Positions 1 to 13,544 are shown, counted from the whole stretch's first letter. The stretch is DNA of 63,459 bases, filler included, from Octopus bimaculoides (GCF_001194135.2; 3 parts of 3 records of this genome joined end to end with filler, not necessarily neighbours in it), one strand, 5' to 3'. Made by a program: numbers and translations. Notes: a model not told the origin generated them from the sequence alone.

Positions 1-941
1 TTTTTTTTTTTTTTTTTTCCTTCCTTTCCCCTCCCAAAAAGAAAAGCTCTACATTGTATTTGTCCCATCTTCGTTGAGCCCTGTGTGGCTAATAAAAGAA
101 ATGTATCTATCTATCTATCTGTCTCTCTGTCTCTTTGTCTCTTTGTCTCTCTATCTATCTAGGTCCCATCGGCAGGCTTCAACTTCTTATATACAAAGGT
201 TTATTTTTTTCATACAATATTTACACAAGCTGTTATTTATAGCGATATTTGCCTCGAGACTGACCGTTTGAAAAAAATAATTTTTTTCCTGTTCTCAAAG
301 TTTCTAAGTCCTTATCATGTTAACTATGTGGTTTGTGTGTGCGTGCGCGCATGTTTGTACGAATGTATGTATGTATGTATGTATGTATGTATGCATGTAT
401 GTATGTAGACGTTTATGTATGTATACTCACACATGTACTCACAAGAAAACAGGTTTTTTCCCCGTCTGAAACATTGTGATCGATTTTCTCCACATATGTA
501 GTTTTGCATGCTATTTACGAAAATCACATTCATGTTTTTTGGAGAATTTAATAAGAGAACAAGTTACGAACCTTTATAGACTGAGATTTCTTTTTCCAAC
601 TTTAGCCAATCAGAACCCTCCGTTTTTGATATACCGGAAATCGCAATTGCATGTATTGGCGATGATTTTGTCCTCACTACCACCATTACCACCATAACCT
701 ACCCACACCACCTTTACCAGTACTGTCATCACTACCACAACCGTTATCACCAACATCATCACCACCAACAACACTACTACTATCATCACTACTACCTTTA
801 TTGTTACTGAAAATACCTTTCAAATCAGAATCTGGTAGAAAAACGAGAACATTACAAAACATCTAAAAATGAAAAGAATTTTTATAAAATCTGTTATCAG
901 CTCCATTTTTTATGTTGTTGTTGTTGTTGTCGTCGTCGTCG

Positions 942-973
<32 letters not shown>

Positions 974-1599
974 GGCGGTGGTGGTGGTAGTGGTGGTGGT
1001 GGTAGTGGTAGTGGCGGCGGTTACAGTAATGGTTGTCGCCGTGATTTCGTTGGTTGTAGTACTTGTGGTGATGGTGATGACGACGGTGGCGGTTGTTGAT
1101 ATGCTGGTGGTGGTCGTTGTGGCAGTGGTGTTCATGAAGAATGTTCTGACGGTGATGTTGTGGTGGTGGTCTTAGTGGTAGTAATATTTCTGAGGGTAGT
1201 GACGGTGAAATAGTGGAGACATTGGTTGGTGTAATGACGATGGTGGTGGCGGTTATGGTAGTGGTAGTAGTAGTAGTAGAAGTGATAGTAGTGGCGGCTA
1301 TAATGACATTATGTGTTGAAATGTTACTATTATGGGGAGTGTTAATGATGGTTTGATTGGGGAAGTTTTGTTGCTATGGACAGTTGCGATTTTTAACGAT
1401 AATGGAGGGTTCTGATTGACTATAATCAGCAAACATTTCAATTTTAAAGGTCCATAAAGTCTTTTACATCTAATACCTCAAAGAAATAAACGGATCTAAT
1501 TTTCTTAATTAGCCTGCATTGATGTCCAGGTGACAAAATTAGAGTTTGAAGGGAGTCATTTCCTCTGATTCTTAGAAGCAAATAGGAAATAACAGTTAC

Positions 1600-1852
1600 T
1601 GGCCGAAGAAAAAGAAAAATTTCATTACACAGTGTAATGTGTGGACGGAGGGAAGTTGTCCTCAGTCTGGAGAACTGAACTTAATTCTTGTAATAAAGTG
1701 GACCTCGCTGAAATCACCCAAGTTGATGTGATGCTGGTGGTGTTAAAGTGAGTGACCACTAAAGTCTACCATTCAAGAACAGTTTTCTTCTAGACTTATT
1801 GCATGTAAGGTTTTGTAAGAGGTAAGAAATATGCTTCCCAACACCAATTGTG

Positions 1853-1902
<50 letters not shown>

Positions 1903-3370
1903 CATCTATGAATTTTCTTTTTTTTAAATCGAGGAAAGTGGTTCAAACGAAGAAGATCCGAGAGAGTTAATCCGTCAGAAGGTGTATCATCACTAATTGG
2001 TCTTTGGGTACCTTTAACACAATCTAATCTGATGCCAGCATTCGGAAAACACCCCTTGTTTAAGTATACCCTATCCACTCTATCCCTGCTCAGGTCATAT
2101 CCACAAACATTCTACCAGATAATATTATTCCTTTGGATGGTGATGCCTAATGCTTGTTGGCTTTATTTCTCAGCAAAGTCGTCTACTTCGTAATTTCTTT
2201 AAGGGTCTTGCCGTGCCTCTCATTTGTGTTGGACTATCATCTAGTGTTCTAGAGCATACTGTCAAAATGTAGTTCAGGGTGCAAATAGTTACTCCACGCT
2301 GCATGTAAGATGAGTCTTCCTCTTTTACCAAAAATTTCATGATATTCAGCGTTGGCGAGAGGTCAGCGACAAGATACAGGGGGAAAACATATTTCTCTTG
2401 GTAAGAATTCAAGAGTTCCCTCCACACAGCATTCGCTCAAAATCCTGATCTCATTGCCTGATAAGCAAACACTACCACTTTTCCTCGACAGTTTCTTCTG
2501 TCGAATATCGAACCCTGTGGTCTATTAGCACTCACCTGCCCGTGACATTGGCATTCCTCTATCACTTGCCAACCACTGATCTCTCCAGCAATCGCCTGGT
2601 GATGCCTGTACGCTTTCCATTCCTTCACAGCTTACTGAGGCTTCCACTTCCTGTCACTTTTATGCTCTTGGTGTGACTGTTTCTCTCATCCTGAGATATC
2701 AATGTACTGAATCTCTTTAACCTTAATGTCTTTGAACTCTTCAACCACTGATAGAACTTGTACGCATAGCTTAAAGATCTCGTAGTACAGTTTGATCGAG
2801 CTGATAAATGAGGGAACGCCTAGCCACCTTTGTCCGAACTAAAAGCACACACTCTCTATTTTGACTCCCCCTCATACAGTGCAAAGTCATAAAGAAAGAA
2901 TGGTCGTTTTAGTTTGGATATGATGCCATACTGGAAGCACCTCTCCATAAATCTGCCAAGTAGTCGACTTTTGTCAACTGTCCTGACTTTTGTCAACTGT
3001 GTTTATTTGGGTTTCAGTGTCTTTGGCATTGTCGTTGTCTTTCAGGATGTTATAATTCTTTCCAAGGTATTGGATTGGATTCTTTTTTCCCGAATTGTTG
3101 AAATCACAGACTCTTGATTACTGAAGATATTATTTCTCAGTTATCCTTTCTCTGTTGAATTTTCAGGGAGCTTAAGGCCAACCGCGTTCTTGATTGCTAG
3201 ATTGCTTTCCCCTCACTCCTGGTAGAAGATTTACGACAGCCACAACAACAAAACAGATATTGTATACCTTGCCAAATACTCTTTTCAAGTCTCTGCCATT
3301 TGATGGCAAAATCTTCCACAGTAAACTCCATCTTCAACGAGTCCGTCTGCGAAATCACAAGCTTAATGCC
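1600..3370 (-). mobile_element. Decayed HERO-like (RLE-type, R2 superfamily) non-LTR retrotransposon, RT to RLE region
   Basis: Minus-strand translations with frameshifts and stops give KWQRLEKSI, KKNPIQYLGKNYNILKD, VDKSRLLGRF, RWLGVP..SVVEEFK, RKWKPQ.AV, WRELLNSYQEKYVFPLYLVADLSPTLN..CTLNYILTVC and TSLRPHITL. These are colinear with HERO-clade ORF motifs as I recall them. Interrupted by (GT)n at ~1850-1900. Confidence 0.7.
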
Positions 3371-3470
3371 TCTGTGTGTGTGTGGGGGCGCTTGTGTGTG
3401 TATGCATATACACACATACTTACACGCACACATACATTTATCTCCCCTTCTCACTCTGTAGGCATCTAAG

Positions 3471-3503
<33 letters not shown>

Positions 3504-4011
3504 GGAAAAAATGTAACGCTTGTATAAGCATATATACAGTTATATAGGCTTGTTTGAGTAAGCGTGTGCGTTTGCATGTGTATGCGAGAGTGCACATGAG
3601 TGCTTTAGTGCGTATACACACTTATACGCATAATTATACATATAGTTATCCGGGGGGGGGGGGGTTAAGAAGTTTAGTATGATAAATATGTTAGATTCGC
3701 TTCCGTCAAAGTAGTCGAGTTGTTTCAATTATAAATATAACTAATCAATAAATAATGTTTCCAATGAGTTGTCGCCGAATGTCATCACAATTCTGTTTTT
3801 TTTTTTTTCCGTTTTGGTCACCATGAAAACAAGTGCACTTACACATGGATAGAGATACTTCTAGAATATCATAGAAATGTCGGTATGATACATTTTAGTA
3901 CTACGCTAAAATACAGGTAACTAAATAAGGAAAGGGATAAAGACACTCGAACATTATGCATATGCACACGCAAATGTATACATATGTACACATACGCATT
4001 CATATACACAG

Positions 4012-4066
<55 letters not shown>

Positions 4067-5204
4067 TATCTATGCCAATACTCACATTCATATATATATA
4101 TATATATATATATAAGCAATGTTAATTCTCTAAATGAAGTATTAACAGTAACTGCACGATAAAGTGTAGTATATTGCCACTTAAGTGTGGCTGACCCCTA
4201 GGGGTGGATGTTACTGTTGCTTTTAGCCCCAGGAGGACATCTCCTCCAGCTGGCTTATCGACACACGACTGTGTCCTGTTTGCCAAGGGTAGTTATCCCC
4301 CTCACCAACATATATATATATATATATAGTGTACTGTTCCGTGATAGAAAATTCAACAAAAAAAAAGTACTCCATCTGGTCAGGGATAAATATTATTTAT
4401 TTAAAGGACATAATACATGTCTTTAAGTGCTACTGATAGTTTCATATGTTGAGAAGTGTCTCTTATTCAATTTTGTTTTTGTTCGTTGTGATACGTGCTT
4501 TGTGCCTGATGAATTTGTTTGAGATATTTCTCAACATATGAAACAATTAGTCGCACTTGAAGATATAAATTGTGTCCTTTAAACACACACACACTCAATA
4601 AAACTATATAAAGAGACCGCATCGCAAGGTGAAATAAAAAAAAAATGAAAATCCTACATGATTAGTTGAAAAGCGCTTTATATGATTTATAAAACATGTG
4701 ACATTAATAAAAATCTGTAAATGTACAACCATCCAGATTTCTGAGTACCTTAATTTTTTTCTATAATATAATTCCTGTACATCACCTCCAAACTTATCAA
4801 TATATATATACATATGTGTGTGCGTACAAGCACATCTATGTATGTATGTATATAAATATATATGTATTTATGTTTAAATATGTATGAATGTGTGTGGTGT
4901 TGGGTGTATACTAACACGCAGAAATGTGCTTTAACATAGACAGTACCATTTTTAATCTAAGTACTGAGAGTGCACAACTAAACACATAATCTCTACTATT
5001 ATTTTATGCCTATCAGTACAAGTGAACAGTATGAAGCAGTTAATATTCCATATTTTTCTATACATGATATATTTCAGTTCTATTCTTATTTGTTTAATTT
5101 ACATAGACATAAATTCGTACCAGTAACTACCTGTTAAATCGTTCCGCACTTTCAGTGCTTCGATGTCTCACTGAGCAAAGATTCACGTGTGCCTACCAGT
5201 TACA

Positions 5205-5592
5205 TGGGAGGCGCAATGGCCCAGTAGTTAGGGCAGCGGACTCGCGGTCATAGGATCGTGGTTTTGATTCCCAGACCGGGCGTTGTGAGTGTTTATTGAC
5301 CGAAAACACCTAAAGCTCCACGAGGCTCCGGCAAGGGATGGTGGCGAACCCTGATGTACTCTTCCACTGCAACTTTCTCTCACTCTTACTTCCTGTTTCT
5401 GTTGTGCCTGTAATTCAAAGGGTCAGCCTTGTCACACTGTGTCACGCTGAATATCCCCGAGAACTACGTTAAGAGTACACGTGTCTGTGGAGTGCTCAGC
5501 CACTTGCACGTTAATTTCACGAGCAGGCTATTCCGTTGATCGGATCAACTGGAACCATCGACGTCGTAAGCGACGGAATGCCAACAACAACA
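5205..5592 (+). mobile_element. Near full-length tRNA-derived SINE with (CAA)n tail (family D)
   Basis: A-box-like (tggcccagtagttagg) and B-box-like (ggttttgattccc) head. Body is shared with copies at 13545-13765, 21560-21732 and 59050-59360. Ends gacggaatgccaacaacaacaa. Confidence 0.85.
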
Positions 5593-5907
5593 AAACCAGT
5601 CACATGGCTCCTGGTATATATAAATATATATATGTGTTTGTAAGTGTGTATGCGCGCGCGCAGGCGCGTGTGAGTGAACAGGATTCATTAATTCTTATCT
5701 ATCACTATAGAGTACTGTGAAGTTTCGTTCACCACTTTTCTGTGATATTATTTCTCAATGATATATTAATAGACTCCTCAGTGGTTTATAATAATGAATA
5801 CTGCGCGATTTTTATTGCTCTTTTTGATAATCTTGTACAAATATATTTTGCCTATGATGGCACAGAAATCAATTATTATTAATCACCACCACTACCACTA
5901 CCAATGT

Positions 5908-5908
5908 C

Positions 5909-5985
<77 letters not shown>

Positions 5986-5995
5986 ATTATTATTA

Positions 5996-6071
<76 letters not shown>
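5908..6071. repeat. Compound (GAT)14(CAT)11(TAT)n microsatellite
   Basis: Directly visible; source of the poly-D/H/I/M pseudo-ORFs. Confidence 0.95.
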
Positions 6072-6325
6072 GTTCGTTAAATTTGAAATATGTCAGATCA
6101 CTAAAACGTTATTTACACACGCATATGTGTGTGTATGTATGTACATATATATATAGTTCTATATATATGCACTCACTCACACACATATATTTATATATTC
6201 TATATATATATATATATATGTATATACATCAATATATACAAACATATATACATACATGCATACATACACGCATGCATACATACATACAACATACATACGT
6301 ACGTACGTATATATGTATATATATG

Positions 6326-6416
<91 letters not shown>

Positions 6417-6473
6417 AGAGAGAGAGAGAGAGTTAGATAGATTGATAGAGCGATAGAGAGATAGAGAGATAGA

Positions 6474-6584
<111 letters not shown>

Positions 6585-6679
6585 ACAGCTAAGAGCAAGC
6601 TAAAACCATACAGGAAAAATTTAATCGTCACTAACTGTATGTATATATCGATATGTAAGTGCCTTTGTGTTTTGTGTTT

Positions 6680-6862
6680 GTTTCCTCACCACTGCTTGAC
6701 AACCGGTTTTGATGTGTTTACGTCCCAGTGGCATATCAGTTCGACCGATACAATAAATACTGGGCTTTAAAACAATAAGCGCAGGGGTCGATTCATTTGA
6801 CTAAAATTCTTCAAGTTGGTACCCCACCATGACCGCAGTCAAATGACTGGAACAAGTCAAAG
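6680..6862 (+). mobile_element. SINE 3' module (family B: cttgacaaccg...aaatgactgaaacaag)
   Basis: Same module recurs at ~10115-10305, 17890-18050, 24195-24385 (-), 27150-27300, 29085-29275 (-), 41925-42022 and 47515-47610. Confidence 0.8.
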
Positions 6863-6870
6863 AATGTGTC

Positions 6871-6915
<45 letters not shown>

Positions 6916-7353
6916 GTGTTAAAGAAAAAGTATATATGAGTATGTAAATGAAAGGAAATATATATAAATATATACATATATAAATATATATATACATACA
7001 TATATATATATACATGCATACACACACGTACATACATACATACATACATAGAGTAGTATGTGTACATTTTATTTTTTATTCTTCTTCCTGTATCTCCCTC
7101 AGCTTATCATCTTATTTTTCTGTCATATTTTACGGCCATTCTGTAAACAACTGCTGAAAAAAATGTACTCTCCATATCAATCTAAAGCGTAATAAAACAT
7201 CACTCTTTACACTTTTCCTGTTCACATTCACTACATTCTCTCTCCATCTTCCAATCACATATATCAATCATAAATAGAGCTTTATATCACAAGATATTAC
7301 TAACCTTTATTTGCTTTCAATTAATCGCTTTTCTTTCCTCTGTTATATATATA

Positions 7354-7751
7354 CTAGCAGAAATACCCGGCTTTGCCCGGGTTAATGAGAATAATGAAAT
7401 CTAAAGACGCCGTCTAGACTACGCAACCCTCAACTGTTAGTAGCTACGATACCATATTTCTACATTAATAACTCTCCAATCCATGCCAGCATGGAACATA
7501 GACATTAAGTGGAATGCCAGTCTCTCATCTAGGAGGGCCTTGAAATCAATGTTACCAACTGGGGACTATGTGTGTCGTAGTGATAATAAAAAGACCCAAA
7601 GGATGTCTGCAACAAAATAATTTTACTCAACACTTTGCAAGTGAATCAGTGGAGGCAAAGATGCGTCTCATTTACTTGACAATTTATGCACCACATTGCA
7701 GAAATCACAATGAAAGTATATCTGAAAGGGTAGTCTTACACTGTTGTACCG
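7354..7751 (-). mobile_element. Helitron 3' end running into a gap
   Basis: On the minus strand a GC-rich hairpin (acccgg-N6-ccgggt, 7365-7382) is followed about 8 nt later by CTAG|T, the canonical Helitron 3' terminus. A weak QLRVA*SR resemblance to helicase motif VI lies just upstream. Confidence 0.65.
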
Positions 7752-8297
7752 NNNNNNNNNNNNNNNNNNNNNNNNNNNNNNNNNNNNNNNNNNNNNNNNN
7801 NNNNNNNNNNNNNNNNNNNNNNNNNNNNNNNNNNNNNNNNNNNNNNNNNNNNNNNNNNNNNNNNNNNNNNNNNNNNNNNNNNNNNNNNNNNNNNNNNNNN
7901 NNNNNNNNNNNNNNNNNNNNNNNNNNNNNNNNNNNNNNNNNNNNNNNNNNNNNNNNNNNNNNNNNNNNNNNNNNNNNNNNNNNNNNNNNNNNNNNNNNNN
8001 NNNNNNNNNNNNNNNNNNNNNNNNNNNNNNNNNNNNNNNNNNNNNNNNNNNNNNNNNNNNNNNNNNNNNNNNNNNNNNNNNNNNNNNNNNNNNNNNNNNN
8101 NNNNNNNNNNNNNNNNNNNNNNNNNNNNNNNNNNNNNNNNNNNNNNNNNNNNNNNNNNNNNNNNNNNNNNNNNNNNNNNNNNNNNNNNNNNNNNNNNNNN
8201 NNNNNNNNNNNNNNNNNNNNNNNNNNNNNNNNNNNNNNNNNNNNNNNNNNNNNNNNNNNNNNNNNNNNNNNNNNNNATATATAGGTATCTATCTATA

Positions 8298-8332
<35 letters not shown>

Positions 8333-8612
8333 GTACAAATAAAAGTGTGTGTGCGTATGTATGCATGTATGTACGTATGCATGTATGTATATTACTATAT
8401 CGTTCACTCTTTAACGTTTTTCGCTTTTTTTACATTCTTTCATTCTCTCCTTTCTATGTCTGCTGTTTTATACCGTAAATAGCACCGTTTGGGATTTATC
8501 TTCCGCAACCGCCTGCTTTATCGATTCCTACAGAACCAATGATGTTACGGATTTATTTTGAAATATTTGATGACTTTTCAAAGGGACCAAAATAACCTCT
8601 AAATATATGTAC

Positions 8613-8770
8613 AGGTGTGGCTGTGTGGTAAGAAGCTTGCTTCTCAACAACATGGTTCCGGGTTCAGTCCCACTGCGTGGCGCCTTGGGCAAGTGACTTC
8701 TACTATACCCTCGAGTCGACCAAAGCCTTGTAAGTGGATTTAGTAGACAGAAACTGGAAGAAACACATCG
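8613..8770 (+). mobile_element. tRNA-derived SINE 5' module (family A: ccttgggcaagtg...gaccaaagccttgtgagtgg)
   Basis: tRNA-like A/B boxes (gtggctgtgtggtaa, ggttcagtccc). Further copies at ~14780-14917, 17703-17762, 20511-20674 (-), 27330-27480 (-), 29315-29460 (-), 41727-41890, 45488-45617, 48488-48648 (-) and 52730-52880 (-). Confidence 0.85.
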
Positions 8771-8786
8771 TATACACCCCCCACAC

Positions 8787-8822
<36 letters not shown>

Positions 8823-9034
8823 NNNNNNNNNNNNNNNNNNNNNNNNNNNNNNNNNNNNNNNNNNNNNNNNNNNNNNNNNNNNNNNNNNNNNNNNNNNNNN
8901 NNNNNNNNNNNNNNNNNNNNNNNNNNNNNNNNNNNNNNNNNNNNNNNNNNNNNNNNNNNNNNNNNNNNNNNNNNNNNNNNNNNNNNNNNNNNNNNNNNNN
9001 NNNNNNNNNNNNNNNNGTGTGTGTTTGTGTGTGT

Positions 9035-9135
9035 ATATAAAACCAAGAAAGAGAGGACAAATTTCACAGGTCAGTGTTCTTAATCACTCAATATATTTCA
9101 CAGCATCGGAATACTTCACAGCATATATAGCTGCA

Positions 9136-9185
<50 letters not shown>

Positions 9186-9964
9186 ATAATATAAAATTAT
9201 ATAAATACATATAAATCATAAGCATGAATTCTTATGAGGGTGTATATCCGTATTAGGAATCAATGAAGATATTAGAAGACGCACATAGTGAATGTAAAGC
9301 GCTGATCCAAATAGATGAAATGGTGGCATAAGATGATTTTAAGAAGAATCTTCAGCAGGTACAAATTCTGACGGCCGTTTTGAGAATATGTAGGTTGAGA
9401 TGGGCGAATTATTTTCAACCATAACAATCATCCAGATTTCTCTCATCAGAGGTAATTTAAGAGGTTTTACAAAAGAGTCTTTTTTAATTTTAAAAAACAT
9501 AAATCATAAAATTTTAAATTTTAATTCTTATGTTTTTTTAAATTAAAAAATAACTCTTTTGTAAATCTTCTTAAATTACTTCTGATGAGAGAAATGTGGA
9601 TGATTGTTATGGTTGGGAATAATTCTCCCATCTTAATCCACAAAACCTCGATACAGCCGTCAGGCTTTGTACCTGCCGAAGATTCTTCTTAAAATCATCT
9701 TATACCACCATTTTATCTATTTGGACTACAACTTTACATTCACCATGTGCATCTTTTAATATCTTCATTGATTTCTAATACGGATATACAACCTCATAAG
9801 AATTCATGCTTATGATTTATATGTACATAAATATTTTTATATTATATCATAAATATATATGAGTGCACCTATGTATGCTGTAAAGTATTCCGATGCTGTG
9901 AAATATATTGAGTGATTAAGAACACTGCCCTTTGAAATTTGTCCTCTTTTTCTTGGTTTTATAT
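9035..9964. repeat. ~930-bp imperfect palindrome (foldback) with almost no spacer
   Basis: Left arm begins atataaaaccaagaaagagaggacaaatttc (9035) and right arm ends gaaatttgtcctctttttcttggttttatat (9964). Arms align as reverse complements throughout, with the centre at ~9510. Confidence 0.92.
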
Positions 9965-10315
9965 TCCTGAAGTTCTCTTAGAGCGCTAATTAATAGTGCT
10001 GCATAAGGGGATATTTATCCTGATTTTTCTTCATTATTCTATATTTTCTTCATTATTCTATAAATACATATATACATATATCTATATGAGTCTCTGTGTG
10101 TTTCTGTATTTGTCCCTACCCCATCACCGCTTGACAACTGGTGTTGGCATGTTTACGAACCCGTAACTTAGCAGTTCGGCGTAAGAGACCGTTAGAAAAA
10201 GTACTAGGCTTAAAAAAAAATCCTGGGGTCGATTTGTTCGACTAAAACCATAAAGGTGGTACTCCAGCATTGCCGCAGTCAAATGACTGAAACAAATAAA
10301 GAAATAAAAGAATAT

Positions 10316-10369
<54 letters not shown>

Positions 10370-10745
10370 ATGTGTGTGTGTGTGGATGTGTATGTATAGA
10401 GTATTGGATGTAACATCGATAAATTAAGAAATGGAATCAAACGTTCAAATCGTTTCGAAACATATGCTGGAAGTATACATGATTTGCATAACACCTCCAT
10501 TTCTTAATTTATCCATGTTACACAAAAATATTTCACTGAACCCTAGAATTTCTACCTTTATCAGTAGGGTGTAATATCCTTGAAAAAATACAAATACATT
10601 TATATATANNNNNNNNNNNNNNNNNNNNNNNNNNNNNNNNNNNNNNNNNNNNNNNNNNNNNNNNNNNNNNNNNNNNNNNNNNNNNNNNNNNNNNNNNNNN
10701 NNNNNNNNNNNNNNNNNNNNNNNNNNNNNNNNNNNNNNNNNNNNN

Positions 10746-10778
<33 letters not shown>

Positions 10779-11026
10779 ATGTATATTAGTAGATACTAAA
10801 TCGTATGGTATACACCTGGTAGCTTACCGGTAAAGCACGTTCGCTTTCATAGTGTTCGTTGGGTAGTTGATTAATGAGAGAGGCAGAAGATGGAAGATAC
10901 GAGAATATATAATAAATATATACATATATATATATATGTGTGTGTGTATACATACATATATACATGTTTATACATACATATATATATATACATACATACA
11001 TACACACATGTATATAAGCATATATG

Positions 11027-11058
<32 letters not shown>

Positions 11059-13544
11059 CGTGTGTGTGTGTGTATATACATATATATATATGCACACACA
11101 TACTCGCGCGCACGCACACAAACACACATATATGTATGTATGGGCCGTTCGGGTTTTTTGTTTTTCGATACTAAACTTCAAGCACTCTATAAGAAGCTAA
11201 CTTTGGCCTGTCCCTTGCGCATGTTCATTTCTCGCGAACTTGTTACGAGACAGGTTTAATNNNNNNNNNNNNNNNNNNNNNNNNNNNNNNNNNNNNNNNN
11301 NNNNNNNNNNNNNNNNNNNNNNNNNNNNNNNNNNNNNNNNNNNNNNNNNNNNNNNNNNNNNNNNNNNNNNNNNNNNNNNNNNNNNNNNNNNNNNNNNNNN
11401 NNNNNNNNNNNNNNNNNNNNNNNNNNNNNNNNNNNNNNNNNNNNNNNNNNNNNNNNNNNNNNNNNNNNNNNNNNNNNNNNNNNNNNNNNNNNNNNNNNNN
11501 NNNNNNNNNNNNNNNNNNNNNNNNNNNNNNNNNNNNNNNNNNNNNNNNNNNNNNNNNNNNNNNNNNNNNNNNNNNNNNNNNNNNNNNNNNNNNNNNNNNN
11601 NNNNNNNNNNNNNNNNNNNNNNNNNNNNNNNNNNNNNNNNNNNNNNNNNNNNNNNNNNNNNNNNNNNNNNNNNNNNNNNNNNNNNNNNNNNNNNNNNNNN
11701 NNNNNNNNNNNNNNNNNNNNNNNNNNNNNNNNNNNNNNNNNNNNNNNNNNNNNNNNNNNNNNNNNNNNNNNNNNNNNNNNNNNNNNNNNNNNNNNNNNNN
11801 NNNNNNNNNNNNNNNNNNNNNNNNNNNNNNNNNNNNNNNNNNNNNNNNNNNNNNNNNNNNNNNNNNNNNNNNNNNNNNNNNNNNNNNNNNNNNNNNNNNN
11901 NNNNNNNNNNNNNNNNNNNNNNNNNNNNNNNNNNNNNNNNNNNNNNNNNNNNNNNNNNNNNNNNNNNNNNNNNNNNNNNNNNNNNNNNNNNNNNNNNNNN
12001 NNNNNNNNNNNNNNNNNNNNNNNNNNNNNNNNNNNNNNNNNNNNNNNNNNNNNNNNNNNNNNNNNNNNNNNNNNNNNNNNNNNNNNNNNNNNNACATACA
12101 CACATGTATATAAGCATATATGTATATATATATATATATATATATACATACATATACATGCATGTATGTAAATATCTTAGGCATGCGTTGCATACTCTGC
12201 GCTTACAGTAGAAACACAACTGATGTATATGTGTATTGTGTGTGTGCGTCATGTGTTGTTGTGTGCGTCGTGTGTGTGTTGTGTGCTGTGTGTGTGTTGT
12301 GTGTGTAAGATGTTAGATCAGCTGTTAAAGCATTATTGCTTAATTATTGCAGAACAATTATATCTCGAGAGCTTGTCTACATCGAAGACCCTTAGTGGGA
12401 TTGTTACACATCCTACGATTCTCTTGGTCAGTTAACTTCGGATTATTTGTATACAGTAGCAAATCGCTTCCCTTTTATCTACGAAGGTCAATGTGTTTGT
12501 ATTTGTCAATGGAAAGTATGTTGCTTGTAATCGCAAATCTTCCTCCTTTTACAAACTCACAAATAATACACACATTCACGTTTATGTGTGCATGAATATT
12601 CACAAATGTGTAGATGTGTGTTTGCGTGTGTACACATTAAAATATTAATCTTATTTCAGATTATCCTTGATTTGTTCGCACATGTCTTCACACGCTTCGT
12701 TTTGCGAAAATGTGCTATTATTGACTGAAAGAATAAAACATTCATGTATTTACACCGAGAATCGCTGATGGACACCACATACGTATATCTGCACTCTCAC
12801 CGCTCTGCGCCATCACCACTGTCAAATACTGACAGATGATTGGTCTAGCTTCAATGACGTAACTAGGAAGAAAGAAAAGATTTTGTAAAACTTCATTAAT
12901 AACGAGTAAAAGGTTAATTTTAGGAAACACGCAGAATATTTGGAACTTGTTTAATTGCCAAATATTTAGATGTATTTAAACTCCTAGTTAACATTTTCTA
13001 AACTATTAGTATTTGAAAGTCAGATATTTTGGATCTTTTGATTTAGATAAAAATAGCTTTCTTAAAATATTTGTTTTTAAACCAAACTGGTTAAGGCTAA
13101 AGGATTTACAAATGAAGTATTTTTTGCGTGTGGGGAAGATTCGTGCATTTGTGTGTGTACACATGTGTGTGTATGTATTGTATGTATGTTTGTGTGTGTC
13201 TATATATGTGCGTGTGTGTGTGTATGTATGTGTGTGTGTGTTGGTGTGTGTATTATCTATCTATCTGTATGTTTTTGTTATATATATGTATATTGTCCTT
13301 TAACTTAATGGCATGCCAAATTTGCAGAATTTTTTAATCTAGAAATTATCCCCCCTTCTCAAGTGGAGCTGGTCGTCATTGCATTTAGTAATTATAATAC
13401 ATCCTCTAAAGGCGGAGATGATTTCAAATAAAACAAGAATTTATGTTTAAGTTATTTCATTATGTCTTTATATGTATATATTGTTCAAATAGATGACACC
13501 GGCCACTCTGAGTTATTTCTGTTGGCTCATTTGAGTTCATATAT

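Noticed and set aside
5794-5880. Signal-peptide-like [24 protein letters not shown]
   Set aside because: No splice donor; it runs into a microsatellite.
9560-9610. CTGATGA-GA-GAAA in the palindrome as a hammerhead
   Set aside because: No room for stem II and no stem I/III pairing. The ctgatgaagg at ~29945 is cut by a gap and cannot be evaluated.
7568-12252. Long ORFs full of X (also at 29.9, 31.8, 38, 45.5, 50.6, 53 and 60 kb)
   Set aside because: They read through N-gaps and are not real coding sequence.
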